Source: Vicugna vicugna (lineage: Eukaryota). Taken from it: a stretch of DNA of 64,000 bases. Of the stretch, positions 1 to 13,585 are shown one piece after another (position 1 is the stretch's first letter; each line of letters begins with the position of its first letter). The notes beneath the pieces were generated by a model. The model worked only from the letters and a program-made list of their open reading frames with translations, searched no databases and was not told the DNA's origin. The translations under genes were made by a program, and so were the position numbers. The stretch covers positions 682,001-746,000 of the forward strand of contig MU061804.1 in NCBI GenBank assembly GCA_013265495.1, written 5' to 3'.

Positions 1-2
1 GG

Positions 3-212
3 CAGTTGGCCCTCGAACAACGTGGGGGTTAGGGCGCCCACACCCCGCCTCCGGTGTTTGAAAACCCGAGTGTAACTCGACAGTCGGCCCCTCTAATCTG
101 AGGTTGTGTGCCTGCAAATCCAGCCGGCCGCGGACCGTGTAGTCTGCAGTGTGGAAGGGTCTGCAGGGAAGTGGGGCCGCGCAGTTCAAACCCGAGTCGT
201 TCAGGGACCATG
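3..212. mobile_element. TcMar-Tigger family non-autonomous DNA transposon (MITE), degenerate
   Basis: Left end CAGTTGGCCCTCGAACAACG. The right end ...GCAGTTCAAACCCGAGTCGTTCAGGGACCATG is followed by TA. The ends are imperfect inverted repeats resembling Tigger termini as I recall them. Subfamily not assigned. Confidence 0.7.
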
Positions 213-3200
213 TACGCCTCAGGTTTAAAAAAGGGAAAAGGGAAAAGCATCTACGACGCGTCAGTTTACCCCACAGAACAGGGCTGCCGTGCCTGTGAGA
301 TGCCCGGGGAGGGCTTCCCGAAGAGCCGTGTGTGTGTGCGTCCGCCCTGGGCTCAGAGTCAGGAGTGAGGGCGGGCGCCAGCCAGCAGCCTGACCCCAGC
401 CCGCTGGCCACGGACGTGCCCTTGCCGAGGAGGTGCTGCCCCTGGACCAGCTGCGCTTCGGACAAACGGAAGCCGCAGTCGTGGCGCTGTGTGCGCTCAG
501 CTCAGCCTCCTGCTGCTGCTCGTCCAGCAGGACGACGTGGAGGTCCCCGCTGCTGGCCTGCCACCCGCGCTTTGTCCCTGCGGAGCTGGGCTAACAGAGC
601 AGAGCTGGTGCCAGTGGCCTGGCGTCAGGAGGGACCCAGCTCGCTGCACGGCCCATCCCTCACGTGCACCTGGGTGGGGGCCGTATGTTCTCCCTGAAGG
701 GCCGGGTGGGGATGGTGCTGGGATGCCAGGGCAAAGACACGGAGGGGCCCAGAGGAGGCGGCCCGGGTCCGGGGGGGTTGGAGGTGCCTGGGGCAGCCTC
801 TGGCAGGGTGACGGGAGGGACCGTTTAAACAAAGCAACCGGTGTCCCTGCGCACCCTCAGACTCTCCTCCCTGACGCCAGTCAGTCCTGACGGCTTGGCC
901 TCGTGTCGGACGAAGCCCCGTGTCCCAGAATCTCTCTCCTTTCAGAAAGCTCAGCCGGGGGTGAGCTGCAGGGGTTAACGGCAGAGTCGCCGCCAGCAGA
1001 GGCTTTTGTCCTAAATGACTCAAACTGAAACACACACTCACTCACCAAGAAAGCAAGTGCTTTGAGGAGAAGCGCGCATCAGCAGATCAAAGGAGTTAGC
1101 GTCTCCGACCTCGTAGAGAAACCAGGAGCACCGAGCCCCCTCCTCGCAGTGACGCCCGTGTGCGTCCCCGGACACAGAGGAGTCCTCCAGCGTCGCGGGT
1201 CTCAGCCCCCAAGCACAGCCGGCTCTGAGATGGCCCTCCCTCCCCCAACTCGTGCAGGGTCAAGTCCTTGGTCAGTTCTCCACGTCTCCGGCCCCCTCTC
1301 GCCCAAGTGTTCCCCACCCTGCCGCCCCTCCACCTGCGGCAGGTGCGCACGGGGGCTTTCCCTGCCAGGTTCTTTGTTCCCTAAACTCTCCGGCTTCACC
1401 TTGGCCCCCTCCCCTCTGCCTCGGGGTCCAGGTACCAACGCTGCTCAGGGACCTTTATCTGCATCCTGCTCCCTGCTCTGTCCGCCTCGGGCTCTCTGCC
1501 TTCTCCTGAGGGTGGAAAAGGCCCCGGCCTTGCGTGATCCGGAACATTCATCTTGTGAACTTTTGCTTCAAAGAGCTCAGGGCCGCCCTCTGCGCTCTGG
1601 GTACAGATCAGAGCCCCGAGCCTGCTATAAATAAAAGATCTTCAAAGTGCCGGCGCCCACAGCTCTGGGGCGCTTTGCAAATGCTCCGTCCCACCGCCTC
1701 TCAGCTCCAGAGAGGTCATCACTAAATTTATATCTGTCCCAACGGTGCTGCCTGAGGAGCAGGAAGGAGCCCGCCCAGCCTGGGGGAGCTGATCTGTTAC
1801 AGTGCTGGACCACCTCACAGCAGACGTCGTGCGGGGAGTCTGTGGCGGGGCCGAGGGCGGAAGTGGTGGGGGCCGAGGGTCAGGTGAGGTGGCCTGGGGA
1901 AGCAGGCAGTTCACTCGTGGGGGAGGCCAGCCTCTCTGGGGTGGGAGCCTGAGGACCAGGCCAGTCCGGTCCTGTCGGATTCAGCAGAGCCTGGAGGGAC
2001 GCCGGGAGGCCGCACTGGCCGTTAGCTGGGCTGCGGACTCTAGAGTCAGGGTCCGGGGGCCTGCCAGCTTAGTCCCGGCTCCATTCTAGGCCCGGGCCCC
2101 ACACTTCACGTTTCCTACTCTAGAGTCAAACCCCGCCCAGATAACAAATCCAAGGGCCGGTCTTCCCAGTCTGCTTGGAGGCCCCGGTCACGCGGGAGAC
2201 AGAACCCGCACGGGGACACGAGCTGGTCGTGCTGGCAGGCGGCCTGGCCTTGGCCTGGGCACTTGGCAGGCCTGTCCCTGAGCTTTGGGGTGACATGGCT
2301 GCTCAGAGCCCCCTAGTCGGCTGGTGGTTGTGTCGGGGAGCACGAGGTAGTCCCCACCTGTCTTCCTAATCCCCGAGAACAGGCAGCCTCCTGGCCCACA
2401 GCCGGCCTGCCGGCTCTGGGGTCTGAGCCATGGGAACCTTGTTAATAACGTCCCCAAGTGAGCTCGGAGCCTCTCTGGGGCCCTGAGAGGGTGGGGGTGG
2501 CAGGTGGGGGTGGCTCTGAGGCTCCCCCAGACTCTAGCAGGGACATGGGACGTTCAGAGTCTGCAGGGCTTGCAAAAGGCCAGGGCCTCGGGGTATGGGG
2601 CCCGGGTGCTCACGCTCACCAGGGGTCGGTCTGTGCAGAGTGGGGGGCCCCCACCTCAGGGTCTGGGGAGGGAGCCGCGGCAGAGGAGTGCTGGAGAAAG
2701 AGAAGGACGGAAGGTTTAAGAGGGGACGCAGCAGGGCCGCGGGGACTCGGCGTGCTCGCAAACCAGCACTGTGAGAAAGGGACTTCCGCTCCCCGCGGAG
2801 TGCGCGTCAGGGCGGCTGACCGAGGGCAAACCGGGCACCGAGACCAGACAACACGAGGCCCATGAGCCTCAGAGCATGAGGAGGGGCCCGTCCACCACGG
2901 CTGCAAGGCCCGGGGCCACCTACCCACAGAGAACAAAGCCGTGGCCGCATGCGCCCCTGCGTTCTCGGGAGGCTCCCGGCCTTCCTGCCCTGAGACCCCC
3001 GCCCACAGCCCTGTGAGCGCTCAGCCAACAACCCGCACCGTCTGGTGCGGGGCTCCCAGTCTTTTTTTAAAAAATGAGACCCACAGGACGGGTGATCCTT
3101 ATATACAGTGTGCTCCCCCTGTATGCTCAGATTTTGACAAAATGCCGGAAACTGTAAGTAGGCTCATTGTCCTCATACACCGCAGACTTCTGCCCGCCGG

Positions 3201-6200
3201 CTCCTGCCCATCACAGAGCACTGGGACCCGGCGTGAGGGCGTCATGACAATGACACTGCATTTCCTTGCATTTAGTTTTTTAAAAAGAAACCATTTGTCA
3301 ATTCTGGTATTTTAGCTCCTGGCAATTACCCGCCACGCAGTGTTCAGCGGGTCTGGGTGCGCGGAAGTGCCATGAGGCCACAGCTGAGACCACTGATCTG
3401 GGCCGGTGTGCCCCGGCTCTTCCAGCCCAGGCCCGAGTGAGGGGAGGGCGGCCGGGCTGCAGGAGGCCCCGCGTCCAGTGTCCTCGGTCTCTGTCTGGCG
3501 TTGACGGAACCGCTCTTCAGGTGTCCCAGGCGTGCAGGAACTCATAAAACGAAAATTAGTTCTGAACCTCGCTGGGTTCCTATTAGCTCTTTATCGCATG
3601 AGTTTTCTCAGGCAAGAGCCACCAGAAGTCCAGTCTTCACGTGGTGGGGCCTCCAGGACGGAGGAGAGAGATGAACGAATCGAAGTTTCTACTTTAATGT
3701 GAACGTTCGTGGTTTTAGACAAGACAGTGGGCCAAGGGCAGAGCAGAGATTAGGCCTGAGTTTCTCCAAGGGAGGCCATTGGGCCACCAGCTCGGACGGA
3801 GCTCCCTGGCAGTGTCCGGGGAAATCTCGAGGGTGGGGGTCCCCAACACACGCTGCAAGGGGTTCAGCGGGGTTCGAGAATCACAGTCGCTGGTCCAGGA
3901 AACACGGCGAAACCAGCAGCAGCCGGTCGTCGCACCGTTCTCTCCGAGAGGTTTTACGAGAGGGAGGGACAGACTCGTCTGACGGAAGGGCCAGGCGCAG
4001 ACGGCCTGTCTCAGGGGACCACCGCGTCCGTTCCCAGCCTATTTTAGGCACTTTCTTGGTCACTGGAATGTACTGGAGACCAGGTTCGGAGGGGGCACGG
4101 ATCCCCCCACAGCCAGGCTCTGTTCTTTTCCAAAAGCCCCCAGAGGGTTCGGACAGAGACTGGAAAACAGGAAGACGGCCTTTGCCAAAGTAACTTCCAA
4201 TTAGATAATGAAATTATTCTGTTTACAGGCTTTGTAGAGCTCTGGAAAGACCACTAACCCTCCTCGCGGAGGGGCTGTGGGAAGCTCTCCGACAAAGACA
4301 GATTTAAAAATGGTTTCTTGGCAGTAGTTTCGGGTCAGAAATAGACAAATTGCTGATGAAAAACAGAATGAGTGTTAAATCTCTTCAAGATGCGATGACA
4401 GTGTCCAGGAGCAAGAATTCTTTTCTATAAGAATTTAAGAAACAAAAACAAAGCTCCAAACACAGGGGCTTTTGAGGACGACTTAAGAGGCACTAGAAAC
4501 TCTAAATTAAAAGTAGCTTTTGCAGGACTCCAGGAGGAGAGAGTGGGGCTGCTGAATTCTCTGATGACGAGAATCAGTAAAAATCCCGCGTCCTGTCTGG
4601 AGGTCCAGATGCCCACCCTGCCGTCCCGATCACGGTGAGGGGCAGGGAACCTCGCAAGTGCAGCGTTACCCCCGAGCAGTCTTTCGACCCCAGGCGAGCG
4701 ACTGAACTCGCTAAGCCACAGTTCGCTCCTCTGCAAGTGGGAGTGGTGGTGGCAGCACCCCGTCCTCACCTCTCCCGCAGGTCACTGCAGGGCCAACGGA
4801 GCGGGCGAGGCGGCGCTGGGGTCATGCCCTGGCACGGAGCTCACGCTCCTCCTTCTCCGACTTTCATTGTGGGCGGAGGGTTTTCCGTGGGTCATGATGC
4901 CCAGGACACCCAGGAAGAGCTCTTCTTTGGGGGAGGAGTTGTCACCCCAGAGTGTCAAACGGGGGGTTTAAACCCTGCGTGTCCTGTGAGTCTGCCTGCT
5001 GACATTAAGCCTTCCCCAGGGAGGCTCTCCGGTCCCCAGTTTCCCACCGCAGGTGCCCCCTGCCCATGTCGCCAGCTCATTTCATTCTCTCTTAGAGTTT
5101 CCTTTAATTGTCTCCCATGAAGGGACTCCATCTCCCCCGCCAGACCGTCCTCTTCTCCGGGGTTCAGGCTGCTCCATGCAGCCTGTTTTCCTGCCTCGAA
5201 GCCGGACACAGTGTGCACTCGGCAGACGAGCAAATACAGGCAGAGGGAGTGCGTGTCGACTGTGAGCACCTCCCCGCCTCTTCCGTCTCCTGGTGATGAC
5301 AGCAGTTACACTCAGTCACCGCAGACGCTCCGCGGCCCAGGGTCCCCTGTTCCTGGAGCTGAACTGGACTCTCCAAACGCCTTTTCTCGCCTGACCCTTG
5401 ACCACACCCTGGGAACAGGCGTGTGCAGGGCAGGGGGTGCTGGGGGAGCTGGGAGGAGGACAGAAACAGCCGGGGTCCCCTGCACCCCAAAGCCCCCAGT
5501 CAAGCTGACAGCACCCTGAGCAGGACGGTGAACTCCAGGGCCGGGCACGGACGACACCAGCCCACCCCCTTCCCCGCTCAGGGACCACCGAAGGGTCCAG
5601 TCCCCACTCTCAGACTCGGGCGAGGAGGCTGGTCCTCCGGGGCAGTTTGAACCCCTCCCCCTGGTGTTTCTGCCTTGTCCCCCCAAAATGACCACACGCC
5701 ACAGGGAGAGACACACATTGTCCTGCGACTCAGACGCACGTCTCAAAGGCTTCTACTGCCTACGTTCAGGTGGGGCGCTCTGGTGCGTTCTGGTCTATGT
5801 CACTCTTTCGTTAGAAATGAGAACGTGGAGAAACTGGAAGGCTCCGGCATCACCAGAGGGGATGCAAAACGGTCCGGTCTCTTTGGAAAGCGGTGACGCT
5901 TCCTCGGAATCCTAACTCTACAAATCTCGAAAGACCTAGAAGCCTGCTCCGAGGCAGGTATCAGAGAGACGTGGAAACACACATCCCCACAGACCCTGAG
6001 CGCAGACGCCTCCTGGCGGCGTCGCTCACGGGAGCCGAAGGCAGAAGTCCACCCAGCGCCCACCAGCGGACGGACGAGTAAACAAGACACTGTCCAGACC
6101 CGTATAACGCAACACGTCTCGGCCACAAAAAGGGATGTGGTGCTGATCCGCGCAGGACATGGGGGGAACGTGAAACCAGCACACCAGGCGAGAGGAACAA

Positions 6201-6289
6201 GTCCCGAGACACGGCCGAGGGCGCGCCTCCGCTGATGGGACTGTCCAGGGCGGGTGGGTCTGAGGGGGCCGGTGGCCGCAAGGGGAGGG

Positions 6290-6433
6290 GGTCTCCTGTG
6301 GGGATGGAAATGTTCTAAAACTAGATTGCGGTGATGGCTGCAACCCGTGAATATGTGAAAAAAGTCACTGAATTGTGCTTTTTAAAAGGGTGGGTTATGG
6401 AATGTGTGAACTGCATCTCAACAAAGCTGCTTA
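6290..6433 (+). mobile_element. Old L1 (L1MB/L1MC-like) 3' UTR fragment
   Basis: GGAAATGTTCTAAAACTAGATTGCGGTGATGG...CACTGAATTGTGCTTTTTAAAAGGGTG...ATCTCAACAAAGCTG matches the typical L1M 3' terminal motif order. Confidence 0.75.
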
Positions 6434-6889
6434 GGAATGATGAATGTGACACAGCACACCGACTTCACCGCCCAGAGCGGGGCGCAGCAGCCAGAGGTGC
6501 CGGTCCTGGAGGGTGTGTCTGCTCCCCACCCCTCCTGTCCTCGTCCTGAGGATCGCCGTGTGCCCAGGAGACTCAGGGAGACCGTGGCCTCGGGGGGACG
6601 GGGGCGGGCGGAGGGCGCCGTCGAGGAATCGTGCCTGCGTTTGTCATGGTTCTGTCTCTAGCAGCCGGGCGGCCGGAGAATGGAGTCACTGCTGAACTTC
6701 CAGGAGTGCCTGGAAGAGCTGACAGCCCCTTGCCCCGTCCCCTCCCTTCTCCGGCCCTGAACTCAAATGTGGGGGCTTGGCCTCCGGAAGCCACCTGTGA
6801 CCTTGTGGGAGAGGGGCCTGGGAAGCAGAGGACAGAGGCGGCCACGCCTGGGCTTCCTTCACACCAGGAGCAAACCCCGAGGCCGCTCA

Positions 6890-7639
<750 letters not shown>

Positions 7640-8103
7640 TTAGCCTTTTTACTGCATGAAACTAAAACTGGGAAAGGTAGGGGACTGAGGGGGCTTGGGA
7701 GATGCCCCTCCCCAGCTCCTGGGTAATGACACCTCGCTTCCTCCCGAGCACGTGTCGGCCCCGCCGCCCACTCCCTGCCCTCATGCTCGCCCCCTACCCC
7801 GGTCCAAGTTTGGCCAAGCACACCAGAGACTGTGCCCCGGCCGCAGGGACTGAACGTCCCATTGGGGCAGCTCGCAGCCATGGATCTCACGGGGCCAAAC
7901 GCTGCAGCACATGTCCGTGTCCCGGGACCCAGCAGTGACCGTCGGGGCAAGCAGAAGGTGTGGGCCCGGCCAGGGGACCCCGTCTGTCTACAGCGAGCGT
8001 GTGTTTTAGCAGCTCAAGAGCTGCCAGGCCCTCGGTGTCTCTGGCCCCGTGACCGGGGCTGGGCCAGGCCGAGCAGAGCGGGCCGGCCGGGGCTGCCCCT
8101 CAC

Positions 8104-8264
8104 CTTGGACCTCCGTGAGCCAGTGGGGCTGGTTGTAGTGCTCGGAGGCGATGGTGAGCGTGTTGAGGAACACCAGGAAGATGACCAGCCAGTAGAAGAT
8201 GCTTGACTTCACGGCCGCACGGCATTTCCTCCTGCAGAACCGGTTCCATCGGCGCCAGTAGCGG
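8104..8264 (-). CDS. CACNA1C: Cav1.2 exon 12 (161 bp; end of I-II linker and IIS1), [53 protein letters not shown]
   Basis: Acceptor cttcag|C CGC and donor CAA G|gtgagg. Phases fit exons 11 and 13. Confidence 0.98.
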
Positions 8265-11094
8265 CTGAAGAGGGGCAGGGAGGTGGTGTGAGATTCAGGC
8301 CCCCAGCCTGGAGCGCACCGCACTGGCCGCCTCTCTCCCCTGAGCCTGCATCACAGGCTCCCCGCGCAGCCTGTGGTGGGCAGACGAGCCTTCACCAGGG
8401 TCGCCAGCTCACCGCTCGGCTGTGTGGACGTGGGATGTCCCTGCTCCGCCGGGACCTTGGCCCTCTCGTCTGGGACCAGCCCCCAGCCTCGTCGGGGTCT
8501 GGCCTAGAGCTGAAGGGAGGCATCTGCGTTTCACAAGAACAGTCTCCCTCGAGGGAGCGCTGCGCTTGTCAGGAGCGTCACAGTGTGGCCGTGGCGTCAG
8601 CACGAGGGACCGTGGCCATGTGTGAAGGCACCTCTCAGGCCTTCTCCCTGACTCTCTAAAGAGCTCTGCAAAGCCGGGGTTGTCCTGACTTTCAGGCGGA
8701 CACGGAGGGCCCTGGGGGTCGGGCACCTGGACAGGCCCCAGCCTGGGGCCGAGCCCAGGGGGGCTCCCAGCCCGGCCCGCACCCTCCTCCAGCTGCTCTG
8801 GGTTAGAGGCTTCCCTGGGTGATTGTCCAGCCTGGCCGTGCAGAGAATTTCCTGGGGAAACGTTAGAAAAATAACGAAACGCCCACCAGTACTCAGGCCC
8901 CGGCCCAAACCAGTTAAATCTGACTGTCTGGGGGTCGGGCCACGCCGAAAACCCGGGAAATGCCCTCAGTGCTCAGTCACGTCCCCCCGTGGCTTTCCAG
9001 TGTCCCTGAGGGCGCCCAGCGTTAAGCTGGATGGTCCCAAGGAGCACCTGTACTCTACAACTCTGCGACGGAGGGGTCTGTGGCTTGTCCTCTGACCAAC
9101 ACGGTGCAAGGGGGGAAGGACGGGGGAAGGAGAGGGTGCCGGGGAGACGCCAGGGCCCCGCCGGGCACTCAGGAGGGGACCTGGTTCTAGAAAGCCAAAC
9201 CACCAACAGAAACAGCCGCTTTGTCAGCGTCCAGGCGGGGACCGTACGGGGAACATTTGGTCAGCCGTCGGGGTGAAGGTGACGAAGGCACGGCTTTAGT
9301 GACAGAGAGAGGACACATATTGACCCCGATTCCGGAGGCAGAATCAGCAGGCCTTGACCCCGACCGCGAGTGCAGAGTGAGGGAGGAAGGCGTGGCGGGG
9401 CCGCCAAGGGTCCCGGCTGGGAGGGGCCCCCTTGACAGACAGGGGCGCAGACCAGAAAGGGGGGCGGTGCTGGGGCCGAGAGGGCGCCCTGCGCAGGGTG
9501 GGGGGCTTGGCCTGGGAGATGCCCTGAGGTCCTCGTAGTTTGGGCCTGTAGGGACCCCCACTGGGCTGCCAGGGGCAGAACCACGGCGTGGGAACAGGAG
9601 GTGGGAGGGGAGACGCCGGCACAGTCCTGCGTGCCTGCCTCCACGTGCGCACGCCGCTCCAGCTTCCGGGGCTGCAGACCCTGGCCTTGTGCGTCCTCCA
9701 CCCGCCCCGACGGCCTTCAGGAGGGCTTGGCTTTATTCCCTCCCTACGGCCCGTGGGAAATCGAGCTGCCACAACCTTGCTGACGCCTGTCCTGAGATGA
9801 GGAGCTGAGGAGCACATCCAGGTCCTCCCCAGAGCTGCGGGAGGGAAGAAGGGACCGGCGGGTCGACCTGACCCCCGCCACTGGTGCAGCGGGCAGGCAC
9901 CCCCAGAGAGCCCCGAACCCTGCAGGGGACCCTTGCTGCCACCTGGGGGAAATCCACTGCACGGGGAAGAAACGCCTGGGGGTCAGAAAATTACGGTTTC
10001 CAGACGCACCGTGGGGGCCCCGTCCTCCAGACACACTGCCGGGTGCGAGAGTGAGGACGGGGGTGGGGGAGCGGGACCAGGGCCGGGGGCCGTCCGTGTG
10101 GGCAGCCTCCGGAGGGGCTGGGCCTCGGGTCTGGGAACCTGCTCTCGCCAGGGCGACGGTGGTTAGTGATGACGTAGGGACATTTGGGAAGACTTTTTTC
10201 CCGCAGAAAAATGAATTTTCAGGACAAACTTACATCTGGTCTTAAATAGCTTACATTGTAGTTGCAGAGAATGTGTTTTCACCAGAGACCATCCATCTCC
10301 TTTACAGAAATCGCTGGTAACTGTGACTCAGCCCAAAGGGGCCGAGGTTGCCTTCTTCCGTGGTTTGGAGGCACTGACTCCAGCTCCGTTTGGGGCCCAG
10401 AGCCTGATCCTGCTCTGCTTCCCCCGGGGGCACTGGGTGTGGGGGCTCGGGGCTCAGGCCTGGCCGGGGGTCTGCACGGCTGGGCCCCCCGCAGGGCGGC
10501 TGTGGCAGACAGGACAGCAGCCCGGAAACCAGCCGCCCGGGGAGCCGCGTGCCCTGGGGTGGGTGTGGAGTAATTACTGCCCGGAGAAAGTATTCAGAGG
10601 TAACTACACACCTCCTGCCCTCACAAGGCAGCCCCGCTTGAGCCGACTCCCCAGCAACGCTTCCTACCGCACGACGACTGTGACGGTTTCTCAGAACGTG
10701 TACGTTTACTTGTGTGTTTACGGGTGCACGGAGGATACAGAAGTTCAATGATAAAGTAGGGAGGGAACTCTGCTTGATGTTCACGCTCCCTCCACACTCG
10801 CTGGGGACCCACTCACCCTGGAAACAGAGCTTCCCGGACGTGGCCCTGGGCGAGGAGGGAGGGCGGGACGTGTCCCCTGGGCTGCCTTGGGAGCGCCCTG
10901 CTCCCTCACCCCAGGTGCACCTGGCCTCTTCCCCGCCCTGGGCCTGCTCCTGCCACCTGCCCACCGACACGACTGCCCCCGCCATCAGGACCTCCCCGCC
11001 CAGGTCCTTTAGGGCCTTGGGCTCAGCTGGAGGCCAGCTTCCCCCGGCTGCACTGTTCCAGCCGCCCCGGTCTCGGCACACTCACTGTCTGCAT

Positions 11095-11160
11095 CACTGC
11101 CTTAGCTACACGTTCAAGAAATATGTATTAAGGGTCTACCAGGGGCCAGGTACCACTGAG
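11095..11160 (-). mobile_element. Probable L2 3'-end fragment
   Basis: TTCAAGAAATATGTATTAAGGGTCTACCAGGGGCCAGGTACC resembles the reverse complement of the L2 tail. Confidence 0.45.
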
Positions 11161-12231
11161 TCTGTCTGTGTGACACTCACAAGGGTGATACGGACACTGG
11201 AGGGCGTTCCGGGGGGTGCTTAGCGCCAGCAGGCTTAGTGGAGGTGCCTCGGGGCGCAGGGCAGGGCGCCCAGCCAGCACGGCTCCCCGAGGAAGGGACA
11301 TCCCGCTCCCTGTGTCAGCATCCCTGTTCCAGGGCTCTTGCCTCTCCACTCAGCTCACAAGGTCCTGAGGGAGAGGGGCTGTGTCCCGCCCTTTGTGAGG
11401 GACCCGTCACCCGCAGCACTCAGGGGGGCACAGGGCAGGCGAGCTGGGAGGGCACCAGAGACAGACCCTACACACACCCACTCACTCCTGGCTGCAGACG
11501 AGGCTCAGAAGCCCCAGCCGGCCAGCGGCCAGGGATGGGGTCGGGAGAGGCGAGGGCGGTGCCTGAGAGAGCCTGCCTGGCCCCGGACCCCTGGCGCGCC
11601 GCTGGAACAGCGGACAGCACGGCAGGGCGGCCGCCGGGCTCCTCCGGCCGCTAGAGCAGCTGCCCGTCTCCCCTTTCACAAGGCTGAGAGTAAGCAACCG
11701 GAAAGCATCGCACTGACTTGCTTTATGCAAAAGTAGCTTAACAAATGGGGTGCTAGAGGCTGGGGCAACCTGGGTGTGTGCCCTACTGCGGGCAGGCCTC
11801 CCAGCTGCAGACCCCCGTGGGCTCACGCCAACTCCGTGGAGTCCAGGTCCGAAGCCCGACGCCTGTCTGACCAGTCCCTTCGAGCCGCGGAAGACGGCAG
11901 GACCGCTTGCTCGTGGCTGTTCAGAGCCTCTTCTGAGCCCCCGATGCCGCGAAATTCCTTGCTGTCTCTAATTCCTCGAGACGGAGGCTTGGCTGACCAG
12001 GGGGACAGCCACACGCTAAGCCCGCTGGTGGCCCAAGTTTCCCTGACACCTCTCTTCTAATACTTCTTCAAAAGCCCTGTGACTCTGCAGCGCCCCGTCT
12101 GGCCAGCGGAACGGGCCAGTTTGAAGCTCAGATTCTAGCATCTCAACTACTGTTTCAGCCTGTGTTTTCTCCAACTCCCACGTTAGATTATCTGTGGGAG
12201 TAAAACAGGTTCTTCACTGTCTGCGAGGTTA

Positions 12232-12365
12232 CTGTTTCTTCTTTTTGGCAGGGGAGGTGATTAGGTTTAGGTATCTATTCATTCTCAGAGGCGGCGCTGG
12301 GGACTGAACCCAGGACCTTGTGCGCGCCAAGCGTGCGCTCTGCCCCTGAGCTACGCCCTCCCCCC
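12232..12365 (-). mobile_element. tRNA-derived SINE of camelid type (Vic-1-like)
   Basis: The minus strand reads GGGGGGAGGGCGTAGCTCAGGGGCAGAGCG (A-box-like), then GGTCCTGGGTTCAGTCCCCAG (B-box-like), then AAACCTAATCACCTCCCC and an A-rich tail. The layout matches the copies at 29736 and 50797. Confidence 0.85.
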
Positions 12366-12589
12366 TTACGAGGGGCTCCTGAGCTGCAAAATTCTCCCTC
12401 CCTTTCCCCGGTGTGAGTGGGCTCTCTCCTGTTCCATCATCAGACAGGCAGAGGGGTGAGAGTGCCCAGGTCGACCTTGATCGTCTTGATGGCATTCCCA
12501 ATCCATCCCGTCTTTGATTCTCCCTAAACAGACACCGTCAGTGAGCCACGGGGTGTGGACAAGGTGGCTGCCATCTGACCCTCTACCGG

Positions 12590-12897
12590 CACACTGTCCA
12601 GCGCGGGAGCCACCGGCCACACGGGGCTACGGAGCACCGGGATGCGGCCGGTCCAAGCTGAGACGTGCAGTCAGTGCAAAAAGCACGCTGCCTTGCAAAG
12701 ACTCGGTCAAAACATGAGCGTAGACCACCTCATTCATTTTCTAAATATTAACCATATACGTTAAAACGTTCAGACCCGTTGGGTTAAACAAGCTGTATTA
12801 AGATTAATTTCACCTGTTCCTTTGTACGTTTTGAACGTGGCTGCTAGAAAGTTTTAAGAAGAGTGCATGTGGCCAGCTTTGTTTCTACTCCACACCC
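12590..12897. mobile_element. MER33-like hAT-Charlie non-autonomous DNA transposon
   Basis: CTGTCCA...AGCCAC...GAGCAC...GAGACGTGC at one end, an internal TTAAGATTAATTTCACCTGTTCCTTT, and GTGGCTGCTAGAAAGTTTTAA...TTTCTA at the other. Colinear with the MER33 consensus as recalled. Confidence 0.8.
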
Positions 12898-13499
12898 CAG
12901 ACACACGGCTCCGTGGCCATGCGTGGGCCACGTGGCCCCGGACCGCTCGCAGCCCAGCATCCTCCTCTGGACACGGGCTTACTGACAGTGCCCGCCGAGC
13001 AGCACTAGCCTTTGGGGACGAGCACAGGGCCTGCCCTCCGCACTTCTGTGTCCGAGAAGGAGCCGCAGCGGAGGGCGCCCTTCCCAGAGGCCGATCTGGT
13101 ACCCGCGGGCGGGGCGCAGCAGAGTCCCGGGCCTGGGGGACCCCCGCCCCCTCCTCTTCACGAGCACAGTTTACAGCCTAGACACCCCGGTCTCCCGGGC
13201 CATCCCGCACTGCAGACGCCGCACGAGCCCGGGGCGGCTCCCCTGCCCTCCGAGCGCCGGCTCACTCGCTCACGCGCCCGCACGTTCCTTCACGCCGCAC
13301 TCACGGTCGCGGGACGAGGAGGATGCTTTGGGGGCGTTCTCAAGGTAGTTTTACCCCCCTTGACTCTCTCACTGGGTGGGGGTGGGGGCTCTGGAACTGT
13401 CCGCGGCGCGACGTGCTTTCTCGGCTTTGGCTGTAAGGCGGAAACTTCGTCGGAGGCCGTGTTTGGCCTGCTGTCTCCCCGGGGCAGGACAATCGTCCA

Positions 13500-13585
13500 G
13501 TCCTCCGTTCACTGAGTATTTATTAGGCCCCTACTGGGTACACGCCACTTCTCCAGACGCCGGAGAGAGGGCAGTGAGAGGGACG
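13500..13585 (-). mobile_element. L2 3'-end fragment
   Basis: GTTCACTGAGTATTTATTAGGCCCCCTACTGGGTACAC...GGCAGTGAG resembles the L2 tail in reverse. Confidence 0.55.

Noticed and set aside
1625-1634. MEF2-consensus CTATAAATAA / TATA-like word
   Set aside because: It is a single short match, expected by chance in 64 kb, with no supporting cluster.
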